Below are positions 33,081 to 44,836 of a stretch of DNA of 64,000 nucleotides, piece after piece. A program made the position numbers and the translations under genes. Numbering within the stretch: position 1 is the first letter of the stretch; each line of letters begins with the position of its first letter. Where the stretch lies: assembly GCA_963840755.1 (NCBI GenBank), contig CAWJAG010000024.1, positions 137,249 through 201,248 of the forward strand, read 5' to 3'. The DNA comes from an uncultured Chitinophagaceae bacterium. GTDB taxonomy: Bacteria; Bacteroidota; Bacteroidia; Chitinophagales; Chitinophagaceae. The notes under the pieces are model-generated. The model was not told where the DNA came from, did no database searches, and worked only from the letters and a program-made list of their open reading frames with translations.

Positions 33081-33589
33081 ATTTGCTAATTGGTTAATTT
33101 GCTGATTTGCTAATTAATACATTCAAAACTTTTCAGGATGCAAAAAGAAATGATTGAGAAAAATGCAATTCTTAAGTTGTCATTTGATTTCTCGTTGCTT
33201 ATCGTTGAATATTGCGAAAAACTTGAAGAGAAAAAGAAATATGTTATTGGTAAACAGCTTTTACGTTCAGGTACCTCGATTGGTGCAAACTCCTTTGAAG
33301 CCCAGAATGCTGAAAGTAAAGCAGACTTTATCCATAAAATGAAGATTGCAGCCAAAGAAGCAGATGAAACACAATATTGGCTAATGCTATGTGACTATGC
33401 TAAAGAGTACCCAGATTGTAAGGAACTTCTTCTGAAGTTAGAGGAAGTGGCAAAAGTGCTGAATAAAATATTGGCAACTTCTAAAAGAAAGAACCCAATC
33501 AGCTTTGTACTATAAGTTATTTTATTTTTTGACCGCTTATGCAGTTGGTTTGCATTAGCAAATCAGCACATCAGCAAATTATCACATTA
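33081..33589. repeat. inverted octamer arrays flanking the four-helix-bundle gene
   Basis: ATTTGCTA-type x4 at 33081-33115; reverse complement TAGCAAAT-type x4 at 33554-33589. Confidence 0.75.
33138..33515 (+). CDS. four-helix-bundle protein (23S rRNA IVS / Avd-like)
   Basis: KQLLRSGTSIGAN..EAQ.AESKADFIHK..IA.KEA.ET.YWL. Confidence 0.92.
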   Translation: MQKEMIEKNAILKLSFDFSLLIVEYCEKLEEKKKYVIGKQLLRSGTSIGANSFEAQNAESKADFIHKMKIAAKEADETQYWLMLCDYAKEYPDCKELLLKLEEVAKVLNKILATSKRKNPISFVL

Positions 33590-33594
33590 CTTCT

Positions 33595-34934
33595 ATGTTC
33601 AAAAAAATTCTGATAGCAAACAGGGGCGAAATCGCTTTAAGGATTATCCGTACCTGCCGGGAAATGGGAATAAAAACCGTAGCTGTTTATTCCACTGCCG
33701 ATAAAGATAGTTTGCATGTAAAATTTGCAGACGAAGCTGTTTGTATTGGTAAGCCACAAAGCAGCGAATCTTATTTGAACGTTCCACATATAATGGCTGC
33801 TGCCGAAATTACCAATGCAGATGCCATTCATCCTGGCTATGGTTTTTTAGCAGAGAACTCAAGGTTTTCACAAATATGTAATGACCATGGTATAAAATTT
33901 ATTGGCCCCACACCGGATATGATTAATTCGATGGGGGATAAGATTACCGCCAAGGAAACAATGATAAAAGCCGGTGTACCCGTTGTTCCGGGTGGCGAAG
34001 GTTTGTTGCAAAGTGTGGATGAAGCAAAAGGCCTTGCAAAAAATATGGGCTATCCTGTTATTTTAAAAGCAACAGCAGGTGGCGGCGGTAAGGGTATGCG
34101 GATTGTATGGCAGGACAGTGAAATGGAAAAAGCCTATGATACTGCTAAAGCAGAAGCTGCTGCATCATTCAAGAACGATGGCATCTACATGGAAAAATTT
34201 GTAGAAGAGCCAAGGCATATCGAAATACAGGTGGCAGGCGACCAGTATGGTAATGTTTGTCATTTAAGTGAAAGGGATTGCTCCATCCAACGCCGCCATC
34301 AAAAATTAGTAGAAGAATCACCCTCACCATTTATGACAGATGAATTGCGTTTTAAAATGGGAGAGGCTGCTAAAAAAGCAGCAGGGGCTATTAATTATGA
34401 AAGTGTGGGTACAGTGGAATTTCTGGTTGATAAGACACCGCAATTTCTATTTCATGGAAATGAATACCCGGATACAGGTAGAGCATTGCGTTACAGAAGA
34501 AGTAATCAATTTCGATTTGATAAAGGAGCAAATAAAAATCGCCGTGGGCGAAAAAATAAGCGGCGAAGATTATATACCGCAAATGCACTCTATCGAGTGC
34601 CGTATAAATGCTGAAGATCCTTACAACGATTTTCGCCCATCTCCCGGAAGAATAACGGTGCTGCACCAGCCCGGCGGGCATGGGGTAAGGGTAGACAGCC
34701 ATGTGTATGCAGGCTATGTAATCCCACCTTATTACGATTCGATGATTGGTAAACTCATTACAGTAGCCCGTACAAGAAACGAAGCTATCGGCACTATGTA
34801 CCGGGCATTGAGTGAGTATGTAATTGAAGGAGTAAAAACCACTATACCTTTTCATCTGCAGTTAATGACATGATGAACGTTTCCGCAGCGGTGATTTTAA
34901 TACTAAGTTTTTGGAAGGGTTTCATTTGAAATAG
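33595..34934 (+). CDS. accC: biotin carboxylase (frameshifted)
   Basis: [43 protein letters not shown]. Confidence 0.96.
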
Positions 34935-34954
34935 TTTCGGCATATTAATACAAA

Positions 34955-34996
34955 AGCCACGAATGCACAAATTAAAATATTAGTGCATTCGTGGCT
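34955..34996. repeat. inverted repeat / terminator-like hairpin
   Basis: AGCCACGAATGCAC...GTGCATTCGTGGCT. Confidence 0.65.
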
Positions 34997-35019
34997 TTTG
35001 TATTGGATTTTTTTTTGAA

Positions 35020-35088
35020 ACCAGCTTCAGTATTTCATGGCATCGTCCCTTGCGTCGCACTTTTCATCGTCCCGTTCATTGTGCATCA
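35020..35088 (-). repeat. AGTGCGACGCAA family repeat, copy 2
   Basis: minus strand reads TGATGCACAATGAACGGGACGATGAAAAGTGCGACGCAAGGGACGATG...GCTGGT. Confidence 0.75.
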
Positions 35089-35098
35089 AAAACACCAA

Positions 35099-36625
35099 TC
35101 AAATTTTAAACCCAACAGTCAGCATAGCTGTTCCTACTGTTTCTTTTAAATTCGCAAATGTATTTGCCCTCGGTGCATTTACCCTGTAAGGAAAGTTCAC
35201 ATCTTTATTTATATGATGAACATAGGTAAGGTCTAAAAACATCCCCTTGTGGCGGTAGCCCAGACCACCGCTAAGGTTCATCTTACTGGCTTTAAGGTTT
35301 GCTTTGTCCTTGTATGGATTGCCATAATAAGCAAATCCTAATCTCGCCATTATAACTTTAAACTTCAGTTCACCACCAATACGAAAGTTGAAAGTACTTT
35401 TGTAAAAAGCATCTATTGCTTCGTTAGAGGGATTGAATGCTGCTTTTGCTTCGGGTGTTATATCGCCATTACCACCATCGGGCCCAAATTTCATCCAGCT
35501 ATAGTTGGTGTATTCAATATCAGCAGTTATAAAACCTTTTTGTTTGTTTACATTTTCCACTTCTCTGAAAACATAAGAACCGCTTATGATAATTTTAGCA
35601 GGGGTATAAGTGTTGTATTTGTAAATCTCACTTGGGTTGCCTGTAATGTCTGATGATCTTGCACTATCGTAACTCTGCACAAAGAGGTTTTCCAAATCTG
35701 CCGCTAGGCCTGCACTGTAAGTTTCCTTCAGCATCATAACAGATGGTGAATGAATAGCAAGGCCAAACCTTATATAATCTTTTGGGCGATAAATAAGCCC
35801 AGCTTTTAAATTAATACCTACACCGCTTAAATCATAGTTTTCTTTAAAAGCCATGTAACTGAAATTATTATTTACATCGCCTACCTCTGACTCACGGTAA
35901 TAAGTTTCTCTGTTAAGTTTTGTAATAGGAATACCGAGACTTGCACCCAACAAAAGTTTCTTATTTAATTCATGTCCCCATCCTAAATTAATTTCTGTTG
36001 TACCGCCGCTGGTTTCGGTAGTGTGTTCTTGCATTAAGGCAGAAGCCATTTCCGATCTGGCTATTACCATTCCATTTGCTGTATCAACTAAGTAAGTGTA
36101 CAAAGCCATTTTGGTTGGTAACGAAATATCGTTGCTGTTTAATGCCTGATCAATGGTGAGGCCGGAGCTGGCAAATTCATCCGCCAATGGCTCGGCAAAA
36201 GAACTATAATCATTCTGACCTTTGTAAGAAAGTGTTTTATTAAAGTCTGCTGTTTTTGTTACAGTAACCGCAAAACTGTTTCTTGCCTTATAACCAAAAC
36301 CGCCAAACACCCAGCCAGATGTACCAAGGTTAAATTTCCCTTCATTTTTATTTATGTTTAACGTACTGCGGAAATTATTTTTATTTTTTCCAAACTGGTA
36401 GCCGGGGGTAAGTACAAAATCAGAGGTTTTAAAAAAAGCAAGCCCGGCAGGGTTTACAATATTAGCCGTAGCATCGCCACCCAATGATGCCATAGCACCG
36501 CCAATGGCCTGGTTGCGGGCAGTACCTGCCTGTGGGTTCCAGGAAAGGCGGAGTGCTTCTTCCGGCACTTGTGCGGATACTGTTAAGCCAGAAACAATCA
36601 GTATGAGTAAAAATTTTGTACGCAT
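35099..36625 (-). CDS. FadL/OmpP1-like outer-membrane beta-barrel
   Basis: GTAR..AIGGAM.SLGGD...NPAGL motif; C-terminal VGFKI. Confidence 0.82.
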   Translation of the reverse strand: MRTKFLLILIVSGLTVSAQVPEEALRLSWNPQAGTARNQAIGGAMASLGGDATANIVNPAGLAFFKTSDFVLTPGYQFGKNKNNFRSTLNINKNEGKFNLGTSGWVFGGFGYKARNSFAVTVTKTADFNKTLSYKGQNDYSSFAEPLADEFASSGLTIDQALNSNDISLPTKMALYTYLVDTANGMVIARSEMASALMQEHTTETSGGTTEINLGWGHELNKKLLLGASLGIPITKLNRETYYRESEVGDVNNNFSYMAFKENYDLSGVGINLKAGLIYRPKDYIRFGLAIHSPSVMMLKETYSAGLAADLENLFVQSYDSARSSDITGNPSEIYKYNTYTPAKIIISGSYVFREVENVNKQKGFITADIEYTNYSWMKFGPDGGNGDITPEAKAAFNPSNEAIDAFYKSTFNFRIGGELKFKVIMARLGFAYYGNPYKDKANLKASKMNLSGGLGYRHKGMFLDLTYVHHINKDVNFPYRVNAPRANTFANLKETVGTAMLTVGFKI

Positions 36626-36706
36626 AGCAAATAGTTATTGTAATAAGATTGCAGGAAACATCAGAATAATGTTTCTAATAATGCTTCTTGCAATAAAATT
36701 GGTTTA

Positions 36707-37492
36707 TTAATTTCTTGTTGGCCGGCTTACACTTCCACCAGAAGAACTGCTGCCCGACGAAGATGACGAAGAGCTGCTTGATGAACTACTGGAACTGCTC
36801 GAACTGCTGCTGGAAGAATTGTTGTTATTGGATGGTGTATAGGTGCGGCTGCTGCTTTCGGTACCGCCGGTATAAGTTCTGTTGCTGTTGTTTTCATTGC
36901 CGGAAAAAATTGTCCGCAATGTTTTGCTAGCACCACCCTCATTATTGCTGCGGCCACCGGTGTTGCTGTTAGTATTGTTATATTCTGGTCTGGTAGAAAC
37001 TGTTCTTACAGTTCCTTTTGCATTTTGGCTGTTGGTGTTATTAAATGTGGTGTTTGTATAAGTGCCTACATTAAAAACCCTTGGCTTAGTGGCGGCAGTA
37101 TAAGTTACTGTTTTAGGGTTGCTGTAATTGTTGTTATAACCATAGTTGCTATTGCAGTTGCTATATGGGTTATAATAATAATTCCATGAATTGTAAGGGT
37201 TGTAATAAGAACCCCAGTAATAGTTATGGCCAAAACCCCACCTTTCGTATGAATAGAAATCGTTCAAATCATTCCACTGGTAGCGGTTTCTTACTTTCAT
37301 CCGCAGGTAGCGGTCGTCATAATATTCTTCATTGTACCGGGTTTGGCGATCATCTTCTTTTCTTTGTGTATTCATCCTGCTTAGGCAGGGGGAATAATAA
37401 ACATCATCCGGTGTTTGACCGGTTTTGTATGCAGTAGTGCAACTACTAAGGGCAGCTACAGAAACAACCAATAATAACAGCATAGATTTCAT
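36707..37492 (-). CDS. lipoprotein with Tyr/Asn-rich core and Ser-rich tail
   Basis: ALSSC lipobox, DDVYYSP motif, poly-Ser; divergent from proS. Confidence 0.8.
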   Translation of the reverse strand: MKSMLLLLVVSVAALSSCTTAYKTGQTPDDVYYSPCLSRMNTQRKEDDRQTRYNEEYYDDRYLRMKVRNRYQWNDLNDFYSYERWGFGHNYYWGSYYNPYNSWNYYYNPYSNCNSNYGYNNNYSNPKTVTYTAATKPRVFNVGTYTNTTFNNTNSQNAKGTVRTVSTRPEYNNTNSNTGGRSNNEGGASKTLRTIFSGNENNSNRTYTGGTESSSRTYTPSNNNNSSSSSSSSSSSSSSSSSSSSSGSSSSGGSVSRPTRN

Positions 37493-37678
37493 GGCGGTAA
37501 GTTTAGTTGTGTTAAACATGAAGTTACTACTTTTGCAACACTTTAATCGGTTTGCAATCGTACAATTTATACAGCAAAGATTTAACCAATTGCCGAATTA
37601 TTGCGCAGCAGCCTGTTAAAGTATATTTAAAGGTGAAAATTGGATTAAACCAGCAACAAATAACCAGCAACCAGCAAC

Positions 37679-39149
37679 ATGAGTAAAGAGATTACATCAA
37701 GAGCAACAGATTATTCACAATGGTATAACGACCTTGTAATAAAAGGCGAACTGGCAGATTATTCTGCCGTAAGGGGCTGCATGGTTATTAAGCCGTATGG
37801 TTTTGCCCTTTGGGAAAATATGCGGGATGCATTGGATAAAATGTTTAAGGATACCGGGCATGTAAATGCTTACTTCCCGTTATTCATTCCTAAAAGTTTT
37901 TTAAGCGAAGAGAAAAATGCAGAAGGCTTTGCCAAAGAATGTGCAGTTGTAACCCATTACCGGCTTAAAACAGATCCAAATAAAGGCAAAGTAATTGTTG
38001 ACCCTGAAGCAAAACTGGAAGAAGAATTGATTATTCGCCCAACCAGCGAGACCATCATCTGGAATACGTATAAAAATTGGATACAATCTTACCGGGATCT
38101 TCCGTTGCTTATAAACCAATGGGCCAATGTGGTTCGTTGGGAAATGCGTACAAGATTATTTTTGCGTACAGCCGAATTTCTCTGGCAGGAAGGGCATACC
38201 GCTCATGCTACCAAACAAGAAGCTGTGGACGAAGCAGAAAAAATGCTGGATGTATATGCGGACTTTGCGGAGAACTGGATGGCAGTGCCGGTTATAAAAG
38301 GGGTAAAGTCGGCCAGTGAAAGATTTGCCGGTGCGGTAGATACTTATTGTATAGAAGCATTGATGCAGGATGGCAAAGCATTGCAGGCAGGCACTTCGCA
38401 TTTTCTGGGGCAAAATTTTGCGAAAGCATTTGATGTAAAATTCAGTGATAAAGAAAATAAACTGGAATATGTGTGGGCAACAAGCTGGGGAGTAAGTACA
38501 AGATTAATTGGCGCATTGGTAATGGCACATAGTGATGATCAGGGATTGATATTGCCACCAAAAATTGCACCATTGCAGGTGGTTATTGTTCCTATTTATA
38601 AAGGCGATGAACAAAAAGCGGCCATAGATGAAAGGGTAGATGGAATAGTAAGCGAATTAAAAGCACTTGGCGTAAGGGTTAAGTATGATGATAATGATAA
38701 TAACAGGCCGGGGTGGAAATTTGCAGAGTATGAAATGAAAGGTGTGCCCGTACGGTTGGCATTGGCGCAAGGGATTTGGAAAATAATGTAGTAGAAATTG
38801 CCCGCAGGGATACAAAAGAAAAGTTGAGTATTTCAATGGATGGTATTGCCACTTACGTAAATAATTTGCTGGAAGAGATACAGCGATATGTTTAACAAAG
38901 CCAAAACATTTAGAGATGCAAGTATTACCGAAGCCAACAACTGGGATGAGTTTGTAGAACTTTTGGATGAAAAGGGTGGCTTTATTTCAGCACATTGGGA
39001 TGGTACCGCAGAAACAGAAGAAACCATTAAAGAAAAAACAAAAGCTACCATCCGTTGCATCCCGCTGAATAATAAATTGGAAGAAGGTAACTGCATCCTT
39101 TACGGGCAAGCCATCAACTCAAAGGGTATTGTTTGCAAGGGCTTATTGA
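37679..39149 (+). CDS. proS: proline--tRNA ligase (archaeal/eukaryote-like type; frameshifted)
   Basis: [47 protein letters not shown]. Confidence 0.96.
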
Positions 39150-39198
39150 TTATAATCAGGTTTGTTTTATATTTATACCAACCAAAATCAATTTTATC

Positions 39199-39637
39199 AT
39201 GGAAGAAAATCAATCATCGTTGTTCCAGCTAAACCTGGACGCACAAAACAGTTATACATTACGAAGCGCCGCAAGCTGGGCAAAAGTGTTAGGCGTGGTT
39301 AGTATTATATTGGCCGGATTGTTCCTTATTTTAGGGTAATGGCACAATCAGCCTAGGTCATACAGGGGTGTTATAGCTCTTACCGACGGTCTGCATTTGA
39401 TGCAAATCCCTTGGCGGCATGGGGCTTGCGGTATTGGTAATAATGGCACTCATATATGGGGCAGGTGGTTTTTTTGCTTTAAATGCAGGAAATAAAATAA
39501 ACCAAGGGCTTAAAACAAACAATATGGAAGCACTTAATGCCGGGTTTGCCAATGCAAGAAATTTCTTTGCATTATGGGCAATTTTAGTAATAATCTTACT
39601 GTTGTTTATGCTGATCGGTATATTGGGGAATATATAA
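39199..39637 (+). CDS. small membrane protein (DUF5362-like; frameshifted)
   Basis: SLFQLNLD..S...L..AA.WAK.L plus TM helices in two ORF pieces. Confidence 0.55.
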
Positions 39638-39685
39638 GAAAATATAAACAGATATACTGCCCTGCATAAAACCTGCGGGGCAGTT

Positions 39686-40506
39686 TTATTTTGCAGAAAG
39701 ATAGTTATAATCTTTCAGCAACACATCCAGAAAATCGAAGGGCCGCATTGTTGGATTCAATTTTAAGATGCGCTTTTATTTTATAGACAGGCATTTTCCG
39801 CCATATGAAAATCACCTTTTTTACGGGCAGTTTCTAAAATACTTTTAATCGCATTAATATCTTTATCACTCAATTGCATTATTTGTGGAAAGGAAGGAAC
39901 ATAGCTGTCTGCCACATCAATAAAAACAGTGTCTTCAATATTGCTTTTGGTGTTGATCCGGATAAGAATTGTTTTAGCCAGTATATCACCGATCCGTTGT
40001 CCTTTTTTGGAAGAAACAACCAGTACAATATCTGTAATAAGAAACCCAAAGCTGCCAAAATGATCAAAGTAGTTTCGATATCGTGGCCAAAACCAGGATT
40101 GCATAATCAGAAAAAGAGGATGGCAATCCACAGGTCAGAAACTCCGCAGCAACCAGCGGATAAGAAACTGGCTGATACTGGGCCGGCCGCCATATTTCAT
40201 TTACCACCCGTATACCCATCACTTTTTTGCCAATGCTCTGCCCGTTCATAATAACTTCCAGTAAAATATGATAAAGCAGAACAGGTAAAATCAATAATAG
40301 GCCAACTGCCTGCAGATTATACTGTGAGTCGGTGTCCCAGACTACTGTTAGATACTTATATAGCTACTATAAATTTCCCCGGCTATCCGCAGATAGAAAT
40401 ATTCAATCACTACATCAATCAGCAGGGAAACCAGCCTCCTGTAAAATTCCGGGATCTCAAATTCTACGTCAATATTAAAATTGGTAGGTACTTTTATTAC
40501 CGCCAT
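39686..40506 (-). CDS. RDD family protein (frameshifted)
   Basis: NGQSIGKK.MGIRVV, KGQRIGDILAKT; MAVIKVPTNFNIDVEF start. Confidence 0.85.
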
Positions 40507-40620
40507 TGGCCGGGTATCTTGTTTAAGGGTTCAAATTAATGGTTTTTTAGCTAATTAAATTTTGAATCATTGCTTTTATCTTTTATAAAAGCAGTATTTT
40601 ACAACCCAAAGAAAACAATT

Positions 40621-41590
40621 TTGAGGGAAGCCCTGTTTATTAAAAAGAATAAAGACCGCTGGCTGAAGAACCAGCAGCAGCCTTCAGACGATCCGGATGA
40701 AATGGCGGCTGATTTTACCCAGCTGGTGGATGACCTGGCTTATGCCAAAACTTTTTACCCTTCAGGAAAAGTTACCGGTTTTATTAATTCCCAGGCTTCA
40801 AAGATTTATCTTGATATTTATAAGAACAGGAAAGAAGAATCAAACCGGCTGGTTACTTTCTGGAAATATGATTTGCCATTAACTATCCGCAAGCATCATA
40901 AAGTTGTTTTATTTGCCTTTATCTTTTTCCTTATTTTTTTTATTGTTGGTTATTTTACTTCTGCAAAAGATGAAGGGATTGCCCGGGGTATTTTTGGGGA
41001 TGAGTATGTTGACGATACCCAGGAAAACATTGCCAAAGGAAATCCTTTTGGTGTGTATGAACATGGCAATGCTTTTTTAAGCTGGATAAGCCTGATGATT
41101 CATAATATCCGGGTTTCATTTATCATGTTTGTATCGGGAATTTTTTGCGGCGTACCAAGTTTTATTTATCGATACAAAATGCGGTGATGCTGGGAACATT
41201 TGACCAGTTTTTTGCTGCCAAGGGTTTGGGTCTTGATTTCTGGTTGGTTGTTTTTGTACATGGCACATTGGAAATTACAGCTATCATCTTGGCAAGTGCT
41301 GCAGGACTGGTGTTGGGAAAAAGTTTTTTATTTCCCGGAACTATCCGAAGGATTGATGCATTTAAACAAGGTGCAAAAGATGGGGTGAAAATAATGATTG
41401 GCTTATTGCCGGTATTTGCACTGGCTGCTTTTTTTGAAGGATTTATTACCCGGTTGTACAATGATATATCCATTCTTACCACTATCATTTTTATATTATC
41501 GGTATTATTTGTGATCTGGTATTTTATTATTTATCCCATCACGGCTTGGCAAAAAATTATCACTACAGTTAAACGAGGAGGAAGTATAAG
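40621..41590 (+). CDS. stage II sporulation protein M (SpoIIM/DUF95) family membrane protein
   Basis: REALFIKKN..W, DDLAYAKTFYP, HNIRV, HGTLEI, AAFFEGFITR. Confidence 0.88.
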
Positions 41591-41596
41591 TGCTGT

Positions 41597-42493
41597 ATGA
41601 AGTCATAAAACAAATATCCCTGTATCATGTGTTTCCAGTAATATTTTGTCGTTGCTGTTTTTTATGCTTCTGTTATCTGGTTCAAGTGCACAGTGAAGAG
41701 AATGAGATGGATACTGCAGTGACACATACAGAAATTGATAGCCGCCCCCGGATGAAGTAGAGGAACAGAGTCACAAGAAAAAGATTATTTCCGACAATAA
41801 TGCACCGGTGGGATACATTTTCGGTAGCAGCAACGAAATATTCCGGGGAAAGCAGTTAAAGAAATGAAAGAGGATGAAGATTTCTGGTATGCCAATGCAG
41901 ATAATAAAAAAAAAAACCGACAGAACAGATTGTAAATGAAAGGGAGCAAGGCGAAAAAGGCACAAAAAGGAAAAAAAGAACAATCAATATGAAGAGACAA
42001 CAACCAGACCAACTTACACACCAGTTCGTCAGCGGTCATGGTTTCAAACTTTAATATGGATTATTATTCTTGCAGTATTTGCAGGTGGATTGCTATGTAT
42101 CTCGGTGGAAACAATGTTGGATTATTCAGAAAGAAAAATAGTATTTAACGGAAGATGGTGCAGAGAAGAAGAAATGACAGAAGATATTTTTGCTATTAAT
42201 TATCAGAAAGAAATTGATAAAGCGGCAGCACAGGGAAATTACCGGCTTAGCTATCCGGCTAATGTTTTTACGGTTACTGAAGAAATATGTCGGAAAAAAA
42301 TATTATCCGGTACAAACAGGATAAAACAAATCTCGATTACCTGATGGAATTGCATCCTACTAATTATTACAACAGTTTTTTCCGCATTACCCGAAATTTT
42401 GAATACAGTTGGTATGGGCAATTTAATGTAAGCGAAGAAGCATATAAAGTAATCCGGAGTGATTTTGACCAGTTTGATAAAGCATTGAGATAA
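41597..42493 (+). CDS. DUF4129-domain membrane protein (heavily frameshifted)
   Basis: GNYRL, KTNLDY, FEYSWYG fragments; position in the cluster. Confidence 0.7.
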
Positions 42494-42497
42494 TCAG

Positions 42498-43753
42498 TTG
42501 AAAAAATATCTGCCATATATTCTTGCCTTTTTGCTTGCCGGCGGCTATTGTGGCACTTATTTGTTACAGGTAATAATAAAAAAGAAAAACAACTTGATGA
42601 ACGGATCACATTACGCAAGCAGGATAAAATTCCTTATGGTACTTATGTTGCCTACAGGGCATTAGAATATCTTTTTCCAAAGGCAGCTATTTATACAAAC
42701 AAATACGAACCCGGTTACTGGGATTCACTTTCTTATTACGAATCCGACCAGGCATTGATCATTGTTACGCGGAAAGTTTAATGCCGATGAGATGAAATGA
42801 AAAAAATAATCTCCTTTATTGAAAAAGGAAATGATGTATTTGTAAGTGCAAGAACATTTCTTATTCTGCAACGGATATGATGGATTGCAGTGTAAAGCAG
42901 TTTTGATATTTCTGCTAATACAGATGAAGACAGTATAAGTAGAAGACAGTTTAATGTTTACTTGAACGACTCCACCATTTGAAAAACAGGCAAAATATTC
43001 TTATCCGGGTAAAAAACTGGATGCTTATTTTACTTCGAAAATTGATACAAGACTACCGAAGTATTGGGCGAAGATGAACGGCCAGCCAAATTTTATCCGG
43101 CTTGCAGGGCCGGGAAAGGAAATTTTTACATCCACCTGGCACCACTTGCATTCACCAATTATTTTTTATTGCACAAAGAAAATATCTGATTATTATGAAA
43201 AAGCATTGTCAGTCATTAACCCGGCAGCCAGAAAAATAGTGTGGGATGAATATTACCTGAATAAAAAAACGCATAAGCTGAGAATAGATGAAAAGAAAGG
43301 CTGGTTCAGTGTATTGATGAATACGAAGAAATAACGGTAAACAACCTTTTAAAGCGGCCTTCTGGTTAGCAATCTTTGCTTTTACTCTTATATGTACTGA
43401 TGGAGATGCGAAGAAAGCAGCGGTACATACCGGTATGTAAAAGCCCCAGAAATGATTCAATGGATTTTGTAAAAACAATTGGCAGGTTATATTTTGATAA
43501 AGGGGATCATAAAAATCTATGCCGTAAAATGTCGGCTTATTTTCTGAGCATGTACGTAATAAATATAAATTACTGACCGGTACTACTGGATGAAGAATTT
43601 ATAAAAACTTGCAGTATAAATCAGGGGCAGAGGAGCAGGAGGTACGGGGTATTGTTTCTTTTATTAAATATCTGAAGATGGTCGGACATGGTATCAGGGA
43701 TCAACTGACAGATTTTCATAAACAATTGGAATCGATTTTATAAAAAAGCATAA
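42498..43753 (+). CDS. DUF4350-like protein (heavily frameshifted)
   Basis: DKIPYGTY, WDEYY, RKQRYIP, MDFVKTIGRLY fragments. Confidence 0.65.
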
Positions 43754-43780
43754 CCATACTGAAGAACAATAAATATCAAT

Positions 43781-44759
43781 ATGGAAGAACAAATTTTTCA
43801 ACAACGAACCGACCTTACAGCATTGAATAATGCAGTATTATCCATCCGCAATGAGATTAAAAAAATAATTGTTGGCCAGGATGAAATGGTGAAACTTATC
43901 ATTGCAGCATTGCTGGCCGATGGGCATGTATTGATTGAAGGGGTTCCCGGTGTTGGCAAAAACATTAACGGCAAAATTGGTAGCCAAAAGTGTAAATGCA
44001 GGTTTCTCCCGCATACAGTTTACCCTGACCTGATGCCTTCTGATGTATTGGGTACACCGGTATTCAATCCAAGAGAAGCAAGTTTTGAATTTAAAAAAGG
44101 GCCGGTATTCAGCAATATCGTATTGGTGGATGAGATAAACAGGGCTCCTGCAAAAACACAATCTGCTTTATTGGAAATAATGGAAGAACGACAAGCCACA
44201 GTTGATGGTAAAACTTACCCAATGGCGCAGCCCTTTATGGTATTGGCCACACAAAACCCGGTGGAGCAGGAAGGTACTTATCGTTTACCTGAAGCACAGT
44301 TGGATCGGTTTCTTTTTAAAATCATTGTTCCTTATCCGACAGAAGCAGAAGAGACTGAGTATACTTACACAATTTCAATGCAATGGGAAATACCAGGGCA
44401 TTGAGATATGATAAGCCCTGCATTGATGCACAGCAGATTGCTTCATTGCGGCAGCAAATAAAAACACAGATGATTGAAGAAAAATTATTGCAGTTTATTG
44501 CCAAACTGATTCACCAGACAAGAAACCATAAATCAATTTATCTCGGTGCTTCGCCAAGAGCATCACTGGCTATTATGAATGCATCAAAAGCAATGGCAGC
44601 CATGCAGGGAAGGGATTTTGTAACACCAGAAGATATTTTAGCAGTAGTACCCCTGTACTTCGTCATCGTATCATTCTTTCACCTGATAAAGAAATGGAAG
44701 GAATAACTGAAGATGATGTGATAAAACAAATAATACAGGGAATGGATGTGCCGAGATAG
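43781..44759 (+). CDS. MoxR family AAA ATPase (frameshifted)
   Basis: IEGVPGVGK, DLMPSD, DEINRAPAKTQSALLE, ATQNPVEQEGTYRLPEAQLDRF, GASPRA. Confidence 0.93.
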
Positions 44760-44836
44760 GAAGTTTGAAGTTTAGGGTTTGTAGTTTGACGTTAGCATGA
44801 AAGAGCAGAAGGTTTTTATATTTTATAAATGCAGCA

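Noticed and set aside
33138-33515. Diversity-generating retroelement (Avd-like protein)
   Set aside because: There is no reverse transcriptase and no TR/VR pair with A-specific mismatches. The differences between the T9SS duplicates are not adenine-restricted.
36742-36830. Low-complexity repeat
   Set aside because: It simply encodes the poly-Ser/Asn tail of the lipoprotein.
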